DNA from: the human T2T-CHM13v2.0 reference genome, Homo sapiens
Direction: 5' to 3' (one strand)
Assembly: GCF_009914755.1 (NCBI RefSeq)
Contig: NC_060935.1
Length of the DNA: 64,000 bases
Numbering within the stretch: the first letter of the stretch is position 1; the number at the start of each line of letters is the position of its first letter. Positions 13,537 to 27,870 of the stretch are shown in pieces. Below the pieces are notes generated by a model. The model saw nothing but the letters and a program-made list of their open reading frames with translations, did not search any database and was not told where the DNA came from. The translations under genes and the position numbers were made by a program.

Positions 13537-13574
<38 letters not shown>
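13537..13574. repeat. (CA)19 microsatellite
   Basis: Pure CA run. Confidence 0.97.
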
Positions 13575-13576
<2 letters not shown>

Positions 13577-14026
13577 ATGTGGAGAGAGTGTCATCAGGTG
13601 TGGAGAGTTTTTGCAGGTAACTGCAAAGCCTAATAAATGTAAAAGTGAGAAAGACGAAGGAAGACTGCAAAGGGCTCTGCCTCTAAGAGCTGTGCTTCTG
13701 CTTGGAGAGGGAAGACTTATATAAATAAAGGAATCTGAAGCATAATAGTCACTATTATTTGGCTGGTGAAGTAGCCTTTCTTTTCTCACATCTGCGAATG
13801 TTAACTGTCATGACAAAGCTATTTTATTGTTATAGAAGTTTGGGAAAAGATGGAGAACACATTTTTTCAATATAAAATAATATAATATATATTTTGGCTC
13901 CAAGCCCACTTTTGATGTCAATTTAGGTAGCATTTTTCTTTCATCCTGATAGGTGCCTAACCTGAGGACCATATCTGCTACAAACTCTGCACTCCCAGAA
14001 GTTAACATTTTTAGGGTTATTGCTAG

Positions 14027-14576
<550 letters not shown>

Positions 14577-14769
14577 TGTGCTTGCTCTTGGATGAACTAT
14601 AAGGTATAGATATTTAGAGAAAAAATGCAGAAGCTGAGCTGTAAGAAGGTAAATCAGAGCTTCATGTATAAATTGGACTCTTAGAGTCTTTTACCATTGA
14701 ATCTGCTTTTGTTCTACATTTAAATACTTCCTAAATAAACAAGAGCAGCACATATCCTGGGCAGTCCAT

Positions 14770-14965
14770 GTAAACTGAATTCAAAGACTGCCTCACCACT
14801 TAATAGTTGTATAATCTGGGGAGAATTACCTAACTTCTTGGTGTCTTAATTTTCTTATCTGCAAAATGAGGATAATAATGCTTATAGGGGAACTGAGGGC
14901 GTGAGTAAGGTCATGACTTTGGGACACAGCATGCCGTTTAGAGATCAATTAGTGTTAGTTCTATT
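14770..14965 (+). mobile_element. MIR SINE
   Basis: 'ccacttaatagttgtataatctggggagaattacctaacttc...ttttcttatctgcaaaatgaggataataatg'. Confidence 0.75.
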
Positions 14966-15229
14966 ATTAATCCCCTCAGTGGAAGCCTTTTTAATGTTTC
15001 ACAAAAATCGGCATAACTGACTTCTGTCCCATTCTTTATTTTTGCTTTCTTTTACTTCCTCCATTAATCTCTTTTCTTTTCCTCCACCCACCTTCTAGTG
15101 CCCTTATCCATTATTGTTTTCTCTCCTCTTTTTTCATCTTATCCCCTCTTACTTCATTTTATCCTCCAGACTTTTTATTGGTGTTTTTTTTTTCCTTCTG
15201 CATACCTTAAGTGACAATGTAATGCAATC

Positions 15230-15955
15230 TAGCTATTCACTCATCACGTTTAACAGGAACTTACCATGGACTGGTCACTGTCCTTGGTGCTGGGGTTGTG
15301 AAAAAGAAAGACATGATCCTTGTCCTCAAGGAGATTACCTTTTCGTGGAGGATACAGACAAGTAAACAGGCAATTGAAACTCAGTGCAATAAGGGAAAGT
15401 GTGGTTTGATCTGGGAGCACATAGGAGGGGCACCTATCCCAAACTTGGAGGAAGTGGTGTCAAGAAAGGCTTCTCCAGAGAAGAAATAAATAAGCTCTGA
15501 AGTGTCATGGGAATGAGTGTTCCAGTAAAGCATTTGGAGGAAGAGTTTCTAGTAAACAACATGTGCAAAGGTTTAAATGCTTGAAGTGGCATGTGACCTT
15601 AGGGACCCTCAATGAGTTAGGATTGGTGGAGTTGAATTTGGAAGTTAGAGTGGGGGGTTGTTGATGTAATGACAGTTAAAGTCAGAGAGGTAAATAAGGG
15701 TCTTGTGGGTCATGTTAAGAATTTACATTTTATCCTAATCTTAATAGTTATCTATCTTATGATAGAATCTATAGAACATGAAATGCAGTAGGAGAGTGGT
15801 ATAAAGGAAATCTAAGGTTTCTGATTTAGGCAGCTGGGTCATATAAAATGCAGAAGTAAGAGCAGGTAGAGGGAATGAGAAAGAGAGACTGAATTGGGTT
15901 TTAGAAATGTGTATTTAAGGTATGTAGTACCTGTAGTTGTAAATATGGGCCTGAA
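15230..15955 (-). mobile_element. L2 LINE 3' region
   Basis: 'attcactcatcacgtttaacagg...cactgtccttggtgctgggg...agacatgatccttgtcctcaaggag'. Confidence 0.75.
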
Positions 15956-16482
15956 ATGAAAAAAAGAGTTTCAAATCTTATTTTGAAATTTGATAGTGAT
16001 TGCATTCATTATTCTATACTGAGGTTTTTTTTTTTGTTAGTGTTTTTGTTTTTTGTTTGTTTGTTTTTTGACTGGTTCTTCTGAATGTCCTTACATTTTG
16101 ATGGGCATAGTTAAGGAATTATGGCCCAACTATATGTAGCCAAGAGAGCAAAGTTTAAGAAGAACATAGTTAAAGTGCGAGAGAGAACCCAGTATTTATT
16201 TCTTCTGAAGGCAATTAGGAAAAAATCAGGAGTGTTTACCCTCTGATATCACAAGAGTTGCTTAAAAGAACTTGAAGATTGCTGCTAAGTGAGTCCCATG
16301 GCCAGGACATGGCCTAATGGTAGTCTGAGGGAAGTGTATGAATGAGGTTTTGGGGTGAGTGATAAGTAAGAGCTTGTCCTACATAAACTCAATCTCCAGT
16401 ATTAGAGAGGTCTCCAAAGCACCTAATTTCATTGAATAAAATAAAATTATTACTGGATTTATTTTAAAATCTTTGGAGTTTA

Positions 16483-16774
16483 CAGCAAACTAACACAGGA
16501 ACAGAAAACCAAACACTGCATGTTCTCACTCATAAGTGGGAGTTGAACAATGAGAACACATGGACACAGGGAGGGGAGCATCACACACCAGGGCCTGTCA
16601 GGGGGTGGGGGACAAGGGGAGGGAGAGCATTAGGACAAATACCTAATGTATGTAGGGCTTAAAACCTAGATGACAGGTTGATAGGTGCAGCAAACCACCA
16701 TGGCACATGTATACCTATGTAACAAATCTGCACGTTCTGCACATGTATCCCAGAACTTAAAGTAAAACAAACAA
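16483..16774 (+). mobile_element. 5'-truncated L1PA (L1PA7/8-like) 3' end with 17-bp TSD
   Basis: 'gcatgttctcactcataagtgggag...ggtgcagcaaaccaccatggcac...cagaacttaaagta'; TSD aaaatctttggagttta (16466-16482) / aaaatgtttagagttta (16775-16791) at a TTTT/AAAA site; G-rich 3'UTR tract 16601-16623. Confidence 0.95.
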
Positions 16775-17018
16775 AAAATGTTTAGAGTTTATATTTATTT
16801 CTGGCTTGTATGCTGTTTGAGATAAAGTCTTGTGACAAGTTTATTACCTGCTGTGCTATGTAGAACTGCCTTTGATTAGTCAGAGCCTGACTTTTCTTTT
16901 CCTTCCAGTGGAGCCCCCTCATTAAGGCATTTCAAGCTTAGTTGACTAAATTCATGTTTCTGTAATACACATCAGTCATGATTCTACACTCTTTCCTTAT
17001 ATCTGTGTGAAGTTCATC

Positions 17019-17352
<334 letters not shown>

Positions 17353-18034
17353 TAGTTTCTTCCTATACAGCTGGGCCCTTCTCTTCATCACTATGCAGGT
17401 CTTCCTTTTCTTCACTTCTCACCCAACCTGATGCATAGAAATGGACCTCAGCTTGAACTTTTGGAACTGATGCTGTATAGTATAGATGGAAGAATGAGGA
17501 GTTTTCCCTTACAGGATGCAGCAGCCACACATAAGGCCATCTGCTCAGAAAACCTAGCAGTGGGTCCCCAACCTCTTCCTCATGGCCACGTTCCTCAGTC
17601 AACAAGCATTATTTGAAGTTTTGGTTACAATGTTTTCCATCACACCTGATTCTTCACACAGATTTTGGGAGAGCTTCCTGGAAGCCACAACCCACTGGAG
17701 TGAGGAATGCTAGGTGATCTAGTATCTCCATCCTGGCCTTGTAAAGTTTGGGTTGTTGGTTGGAATTAGTTCTTGCACACCAAGACTGCACAGAGCCAGC
17801 TAGCAGAGTGTGCAGGGCCTCTGAGCCAGTTCTGGGTGTGCTCCTTGTCCACCAGCCCTGCTCCAGCAGATTCTCCCTGACTAGCCAGCTATGAACTTTG
17901 CCAGTGTAGTTATTCTCTCTACTACCTCTCCCCTCTCCAAATGGTGTCTTCCTCTTCACAGCCACACTGCTCATAAAATAGATTTCCTCCCCCACCTTCT
18001 CCAAACCACCTTAGTCCAATTCCCACACCCACCA

Positions 18035-19950
<1,916 letters not shown>

Positions 19951-20623
19951 CCATCGAGATAGATTTCTGGCTGAATTCTGGTCATTGTCATCAAGTTATG
20001 GCATAAAATTACATTTCCAAAATCTGAAAAATATTAGTGTAATCTGCAAAATGTGAATTCATTATGTGCTGTGTGTTACTGAACATTGCATTGTTGCTTT
20101 TCAGCAAGTGCTCATGTCTTACTTTCCCTGTTGTCCTATTAAGTTCAAAAGTCGACTTAACAAAATCTAAACAGAAAAAAGAGAATGGGGGAATAGGAAC
20201 AAGAGAAGATTACATCCATTATTTTTTGTCTTATGAATTTGAAGCATTTTCTCAAATGTGAAGAAAAGGGCACTTTTTCAGCAGTAAAGTAATTGTGTTT
20301 TTATTATAAAGTGTATTATGTTAGGCATGTGGGCAATATGACTCAATGAATAGTTCTTCAGGATTAGTGTATGCCTAGTTGAAACTTAATGCTCTTTCCC
20401 TCAGCATGCATGTAGGATCTGAATTTTCACTGTGAAAGCAAATGCTCCTGTTGGAGACCTTTATCATCAACTTGTTGGAATTCATGCCTAGAATATTTTA
20501 AGTTGAACAATTCTATCACAGTGGCATGCATAGATTGCTGAGAAAGGCACAGTGCTAATGATGCTGTAGACATCTTAAAAGCTAGGAATGCTCCATGTAA
20601 TGTAGATGGCAGAGAAAATGAAG

Positions 20624-21108
20624 TGTGCCAGTCTGTTTTCTGTTGCTTATAACAAAATATCTGAAACTGAGTAATTTCTAAAGAAAAGGAATTTATTTTT
20701 TACAGTTATAGAGGCTGGAAAGTCCAAGGTTGAGAGGTCACATATGATGAGAATCTTCTTGCCAGTGGGAACTTTCTGAAGAGTCCCAAGGTGGTGTAAG
20801 GACCCAGAAATTTCTGATCTTCTTCTACATCTAATTGCCCTGGGTCGAGGCAGGGTATCACAGGGCAAGGGGGCTGAGCATGCTAATGTGTTAGCTCAGG
20901 CCTCTCTTCTTCTTATAAAGCAATCACTTCCCCTCCCATGATAACCTATTAATCCATTAGCCCATTAATCCATAAATAACAAATTCATTCATGAAGACAG
21001 AGCCCATATCATCCAATCACCTCTTTTAAAGGCCCCCACCTCTCAATACTACCAGATTGGTGATTAAGTTTCAACATGAGTTTTGGAGGAGACATTCAAA
21101 CCATAGCA
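20624..21108 (-). mobile_element. MST (MSTB/C-like) MaLR solo LTR carrying a 49-bp foreign insert
   Basis: 'ttacagttatagaggctggaaagtccaagg...ccaatcacctc...aagtttcaacatgagttttggagg...cattcaaaccatagca'. Confidence 0.88.
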
Positions 21109-21649
21109 ACCAATCCCAAACTGAGGTAAGTGAAGCTGCACAGTGGTTTTAAAACTGTTTTACTGAGCCCTAAGATTCTGCAACATTGTCTTGGGGCCAC
21201 CTACAGGTGGACTTAAGAAGTGAAACTGAAGCTGCCCCTCATTCCCACTGCAAAGAGCAGTAACTCTGGTACCTGGTTTAAAGAGGGTGGTTCTTTATTA
21301 CATTTTACTTGATATTTGACTTGATTTAGTTGAATATAACTGTTGTTGTGTTCTATAATACGGAGAAAATTTTGAATGAATAAAACTAGGTATAGTTTTA
21401 AGTAGCAAGATTCCGAGTAGCTTAAGAGGATTAAAAAACAAGGAAGATATTTTAGATTCTCACATTCTAATTCTTACAAGTGGAGAAGAAGGGGAGACTG
21501 CGTTAACTTGGAAACTAATACTGATGAGCACAAATGTAAAGGGTTATGAGCACACAAATGAAGGGTCCATGCACTACACCTAGGAACTTTAAGGAGGCAT
21601 ATTCTGTGAAGATATTTTCAGGAGTGCTGATACCCAGAAAGAATTGGTG

Positions 21650-22050
21650 TTTTGGAAACATCTAGAGAATAGTCAAAAATGTATGTTAATTTATGTTTGA
21701 ATCAGGAAGGAAGATATCTCTCTGCCTAGGGAGAGGGAGTAATGATAACAGATGCCAGAAAACATCCAACAGAGGCAGGAGCAATGCCAGCAGATAAAGT
21801 TGGGGAGCTGGCCCAGTTCTCAACAGTGGAGGGTATGTGGACCCTAGAAACTCAAGGCTTGTGAGCTTGGTGTCCATCTCTGGCAAAGTCCTAAGCCAAT
21901 TTAGCAGATGGTTTGAGAGCACTAAGGAAAGATGCTGGAGAGTTAGCTTAGTAAAACAAAGTCTTGGTAAACTTCCATGCTTCTCTTATTGATAGAGTCT
22001 GTCTTGACTTCAGCAATATTTTTATTGGGCAGTTTATGATAACCAATATG
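21650..22050 (+). mobile_element. L3/CR1 LINE reverse-transcriptase remnant
   Basis: 21840-21893 translates DPRNSRLVSLVSISGKVL (CR1 DPGNYRPVSLTSVPGK); downstream 'RVCLDFSNIF' (YLDFSKAF). Confidence 0.75.
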
Positions 22051-22269
22051 TCTTTTTTTCCGTTGAGAACAAAAAAACTGACTCAAGGAAAGAATAGGAG
22101 GGGTGAAGCTCATGCCAGAGAAGCAGGAAGATACTTCCTTATGGGCAGCTTGATGGAGCCACATAGAATCTGCTTAAGGCAGCGGGAAGCTTAGATAATC
22201 TACCAGCTCTAGGTGCAGAGTGTCCCCTAATACTGCATTTCCCCAACTGAGAACCATGACCACCTCCCG

Positions 22270-22408
22270 CCTTCAGAGATACTTTGGGGTATTTATTTAA
22301 AATGCCCCATCCAGAATCATGATCTCTGGAGGCATAGCCCAGGAATCTATACTTTTAACAAGCTTCCCAAATACTTACCAAGCACATATAAATTTTAGAA
22401 CCGTTGCT
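22270..22408. mobile_element. MER5-type hAT-Charlie MITE fragment
   Basis: 'gcccaggaatctatacttttaacaagcttccca...ttttagaaccgttgc'. Confidence 0.65.
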
Positions 22409-22764
22409 TCAAAGATAAGATTATTTGCTGTGAGGAAAGCTACCCAGTTAGAGAAACAGAGAAAGTCTTTAGTTGTTTCATAAGCAGGTTCATTTTTTAT
22501 ATATGATTGTGACCCAGAAATTTCTGATCTTCCTCTACATCTAATTGCCCTGGGTCAAGCCCAACCCAAATGCCATCTGGTGACAGCCACTTATGCTGCA
22601 AAAGCAGAGCTGATGAGGCAAATCTTTTGAGTAGTAAAATGGGATTTTGCATCAGGTAAAGACCTTAGGTGAAGAGCAATGAGGCATACTGAAAGAAACT
22701 TAGTTCTACACAATTCCTTGAGAAACTCAGTCTCCATGCTGCCTGGATTGGGGGCAGGGATGTA

Positions 22765-23770
22765 TCAGTACATCTGTAAACAACTAATTCTCCAGAATAG
22801 AAAAGGTATGCATAAATATACACGCATACGTTTATTTTAAGTGTTACTCATATAAATGCTGTGCGGTGCACAATTCATAATAAAATACACATTGCATTTT
22901 ATTGATTACATTACAATTGATTCTCACAGAATGCTTTTCTTGATTTTTGTCAAACTCCTGTATCCATAGCAACCTTAGGTTGCAGCTGACAAATGAGTGT
23001 AGGCCCAACAAGCCTGTTGGTTGATAGCTTCATTTATATGAACAAGTAAGAGGAAAGTAAAACAATGACACATGTCAGAACTTCACTTATTCATCAATAA
23101 TCTGAGCAACTTCTTGAATCAGATAATAGTTTTTTAATATTGGAAGAATATGTCCTCAATATTTTGTGCTGTTTACAAAGTAATGTCTACAGACAAGACA
23201 CACTTTTCATCTGTTATTTACATTTTCTCCAGCACTATCGTAAGACTTTCATAAAACGTCACTTTCAGAAGACCTTAACAAAATAATAAATAAAACCTTG
23301 GTTTGTGGTGTTTGCAAGTTTTGTGGTATAAGTGCTCCCAGCCTGGCTGTTTTCAAGCTACCAATAAGATATTGCTGACCGTGGAGCTGGGAAGAGATGT
23401 GCAGTAGTGCATCAATATCTGGTATTTCCAGGTGGAGAAGAAGGGATACTATAGATGTAAGTACTATAGATGTAAGTAAGGGATACTATAGACGTAAGTG
23501 GAGAAGAAGAAGATACTAGAGATGTAAGTAACACTGAGAGCATAGACAATAAATTGTAGTTAAATGAGTAGGAAATGATAACTTTTGAGAATCATCTTTG
23601 AATATCACCTTTGACTTTTGAATATTACCTTTGTTTTCAGCATAGTTTATTGAATTTTACATTTATATAATTTAGTTTTTCATGGTGGCTGTGTTTAATA
23701 ATCAGCTCTCAAAATTCCTGAAAATTTAAGTTGATTCTTATGAGCTTCTGTGAGCTGAGTCTAATTCACT
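22765..23770 (-). mobile_element. MER63 (C/D-length) hAT-Blackjack DNA transposon, ~1 kb
   Basis: 'ttcaagctaccaa...gctgggaagagatgtgcagtag' and 'tggctgtgtttaataatcagctctcaaaattcctgaaaatttaa' are the reverse complement of the recalled MER63 left end. Confidence 0.75.
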
Positions 23771-25612
23771 ACTGAATGGGCAGATTTTCTGAACTCACAG
23801 ATATGTGACGGGGTTATATCCCTGCTTTTATGCAGGAGCATATGTATGATACTCAGGCACATTTCTATATTTGCATAAAAATGCAGCTCCTCTAAACCAG
23901 AGCATAACAGTATCATGTCTGACAAATGTGTCCTGCCCCTGGGCATCACAATGAGAGGAATTCCTAAACAGATGAGATCAGATCCAATAGAACAGGTTTC
24001 CTCTGTCATGTCTGGGAAACTATTTATGACTCATACTCTTTGCCAGCTCTGTGTTTTGCATCAGTAGATATTCTGACATGTAAAGGTACCCCTCTCATGT
24101 TGCATCCTACTGATTTCAGCAAAACTGTTTTTGATACCTTGACACTTTCTACAAGCCCTTCAGAATACAGTGATGTTATGATATTACTGCTTTTTACATT
24201 TCCACTTCCTTTCTTCTACACCTGTTCTGTAAAAGGGTATTCAGTTTGCAATTAAAATTCGATGGCAGCCTAGCTGTGGCCATGAGAGTAGATTTTTGGA
24301 GCCATTTACACAAAGTCAGATATAGAATTTATTTGATGTGTAAAAATTTTTGGAGCTGAAAGTTTGAGACTATCTGCCACATAGAAATTTATGAGGATTT
24401 GAGCCACCACTTTTGTGTAAATTCTTATTAAAAACAGACAGTGCTGTGCAAGGTTGTTTCTTGGATAGAATTTTTGGATGGTAATAGAATAAGCTATATA
24501 CTTCTAGTGCACAATTATTTTCTCTCTTCCTGTTTTCTCGCTGTTATGCTTGTAAGCAAATTGTTAAATAAGTTCATTCTGCTCCCCAAGAGCATTTCCA
24601 GAAGTGTCTTGGAACTTCCCACTGTAGGTACCTGGGCTCTATCAGTATTTTCTGTACTGACCTTTGTAATTATGACACAGGGGATACTTAAACAGAACTT
24701 TGCTTGCCAAACAAATATAAACACAAAATTGCTTTAAGTTGCTAACTGTTCTTCCTGCTGTGGACATTGGCCATGACCCAGCAACTTGGCTGCTATTTCA
24801 GCCATAAGAGATTTTCTGTAGGTCCTCAAATACTATCTCAAGTAAAAATTCTTATGGAGTCCACTCATTCCTGGTTAGGGTAAGAAAACTTTTCTCCTAA
24901 TAATGTAATAAAATTTTACTTTATAAAATGAAAATAAGCAACATTCTTTCATATTATAAAGAACATAACATAAAACCAAATAATCTTTTGGCTGAGAGGA
25001 AATGCCAAACCCATTTCAGAACATTTATGTTATTTTTCCATGCTCTCTTCAAGCCAAGTTGATTGCATACAAATCTCCTAAGGGGATGTGCAACTGATTC
25101 CATGGTCCTGGCTCAGGGCAAAAAAAATGGAACCATGACTGAGGGGTTTTATAAAATATCCTTTGCCCAGGTAAATATGGAGGTGTGAGTTCACAGAGAC
25201 AGTCAGGTAGACAGATGTCAGGTTAGGAACTCCAGGCTCCAAGGTGCTGATGACCAGCAGTACCTAATTACAGCTCCTCTAGTGTGCACCTCTCTGAGTA
25301 CTGTGTGCACGCTTGCCAGCCTAGAGGTGTCTTCAGTGGCCATCGGGGTCCTCCAACCTGGAGTAGCCTGTAGGCAGCATGGTGGGAAGTCCCTGAGAGG
25401 AGAAACATTCTTAGGTGCTGTCCTGTGCTTTCTGGCAGTTGTTTCCCTTGAGACACAGCCTCTTTTGATCCCTTTATGGATCCCTGTGAGTCAGAATTTG
25501 GAATGTTTCAGCCTCCTAATTTAAAGCATGTTTTCTTTAAATTACATTTAACTTCTCTACATTTTATAATTTTTAATAATAATTATCCAAGTAATATATG
25601 CACCGTGTTAAA

Positions 25613-25691
25613 ACACACACACACACACGCACACACACACACACACATTACCAAAGGAGAGAGAGAAACAGAGATTGAGAGAGAGAGAGAG
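25613..25691. repeat. Compound (CA)n and (GA)n microsatellite
   Basis: Interrupted CA run followed by GA runs. Confidence 0.9.
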
Positions 25692-25832
25692 AAAGCTTTA
25701 ATTTAGAATGGACCTGTGGGTCCACTCCCAGAGGCAACCATTTTTATTTACCCTTTTCTAGTTTTAGGTTTCTGATAATTCCCACTATTCTGTAAATAAT
25801 GTACTTTAATTTTTGGTTTACCAACTTTAGAT

Positions 25833-25850
25833 TATATATGTATGTGTGTG

Positions 25851-25886
<36 letters not shown>

Positions 25887-25920
25887 GCCTAACATATATA
25901 TTTATATATATGTTATATAT
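25833..25920. repeat. (TG)n(TA)n(CA)n compound, self-complementary microsatellite
   Basis: tgtgtgtg-(ta)n-cacacaca seen directly. Confidence 0.9.
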
Positions 25921-26899
25921 GTTAAGCTGAATACTTACTAAGAAGCAGCTATTTTTGCTCCCAAACTGAATCAAATGCTTTGTAAGACTCAGTGAAGTTA
26001 TTTTTAAAAATGCTGGTAAATTAGGATGGAGAAAAACTGTGAAAGATTGAAGACAGTGGTAAAAACCTAGAAGGATTTTCTTCTCAGATTGCTCCACAAA
26101 TATTTTTAATTTCTTATTCTACTTTAAGGAAATGCAAGTTGAACACACAGACAAAACTGCATTATGGGTATTTTTTTATGTAAAAAGCCAACACAAAAAT
26201 ATAATCAGAGGACCCATATTCAAAGAAAAGAACATTACCCTTTGTCAAAAGCTCAGTTAATGTTTTCAGTAAAAATAAAATATTTACATTAAAATAAAAT
26301 AAGGTTTAAGCGGAGGCAGTTTTTGGTTTAACTGACTTTTTCAATTAACTGATCCCAATCGCATTAGCCAAGAAGACTTTTTAATATTAGAGTACAGTGG
26401 TTAAGAGTAGCCTTCAGCAAATTATTTCACCTTTCTGTGCCTAGATTCTTTATCTGTTAATTTGTAGTAATCATGGGTTTTCATGATAATCAATGAATTG
26501 CCTTATCACATCATTGACACTTGTTAGGAACTCGAATGTGGAGCTATTGTTATTGCTATTACAATATTGTAATTTTGTAAAAAAATTAGTAACTACCCAG
26601 CCTTGAAGTGTGATTGGACCCTCCAAAAAGGCAACACAGTTTTATGCTAATCTCTTGCCACTTGAAGATTTCTGTTCCTTGCATCTAAAGTCTTCACTTA
26701 TCTCCATCAATTATTCAAAATCTTGTCATGTTCTAATTGACTTGGTATTTGGCTATTAACTTTCCTTTATGGTATTATGTGTTTCTTAGGCTATTTTATA
26801 AGATTTTGTATCATAAAATACTTAGGATATTTCATAAACAAGGAAAGCATCTTTTAAATAAAAGCGTATTTCTTCACTATATTGTTAAGTATATCCAGC

Positions 26900-27560
26900 C
26901 TCTTGATCATACATTTTGCATTGAGAAGCCAACTTTCTTATTTTTGACAGTATTCTTCTAGAAAGATACTCTTTAAACCTGCACAGAGCTGAGCCTCAAG
27001 TTACTGCCACTTGAAGGTTAGGTACATTAGTTTCCCTACTTTCTCTTTCTTGAATTCCTTTTTCCTTAATTAGTTGGAGTACATTCTCAAGTAAATTTTT
27101 CAAAAGAGAAACATGGTATGTAAATGTTGAGCCCTTTACATTTCTAAAAATGCTCTTATTTTGTCCTGATATTAAATAATGATTTGGCTAAGCATACATT
27201 CTACAATGAAAATCATGTTCTCTTAGTATATTAAAGGGATTGTTTCATAGGCTTCTAGCATTCTAGATTCCTTAAGAGAAGTCTGAAGGCAGTCTGCTTC
27301 TAGATCTCTTTATAGTCTTCTCTCTCACCTTGAAGTTCTGATATTTCATAGCAATGTGTCTGGGTGTGCTCTCTTTTTCATTCATCTTTCTCAGCATTTC
27401 CTAGGACAGTTAATAAAAACAAGATGTCTTTCATTCTGGGAAATGTTATTTTTTTTGCCAATTTCTTCCCCTCCATTGTCTGTTTTCTCTTCAGGGAGCC
27501 TTCTAGGTTAGTCTTCTATGTTTACTTGCTCCTTTATTGCTTTATCTCTCTTTGCTTCAT
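26900..27560 (-). mobile_element. Old L1ME fragment
   Basis: 'gatttggctaagcatacattcta...cttctagcattc...gagaagtctgaaggcagtctg'. Confidence 0.6.
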
Positions 27561-27870
27561 ATTCTTAGTGTCTTCAAAGACAAAAGTTTACCTCAGAGTA
27601 CTTTAGTATGGGTGAACCTTTTGCTCCCTCCCCTACTTCTCCATAATTTTTTCTCTTTACAAGACACATTCACCATTATTTTTCACCCACTCTATCACCT
27701 AACTATGGAGTTTGGGCATTGAGAAACAAACAAACAAAAACTCAGCATGAGTTTACCTGGACCATTGGGCTTTATTTCCACCTCCCTAAGACACCGAGCT
27801 ATCCCTAGTACCTATTTCATAGGAATTTGGGAGCTAAAGATCAGGCAGGATTCTTTCTCCTTTCCATGAC

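Noticed and set aside
23432-23529. CRISPR-like repeat-spacer appearance
   Set aside because: Eukaryotic intron; the spacers are irregular and are themselves copies of flanking sequence; no cas genes.
25229-25251. Possible REST/RE1 site (minus strand ATCAGCACCTTGGAGCC); also TTCAGCAC at ~32723 and ~35736
   Set aside because: Only the left half-site matches; the right half GGACAG is degenerate or wrongly spaced.
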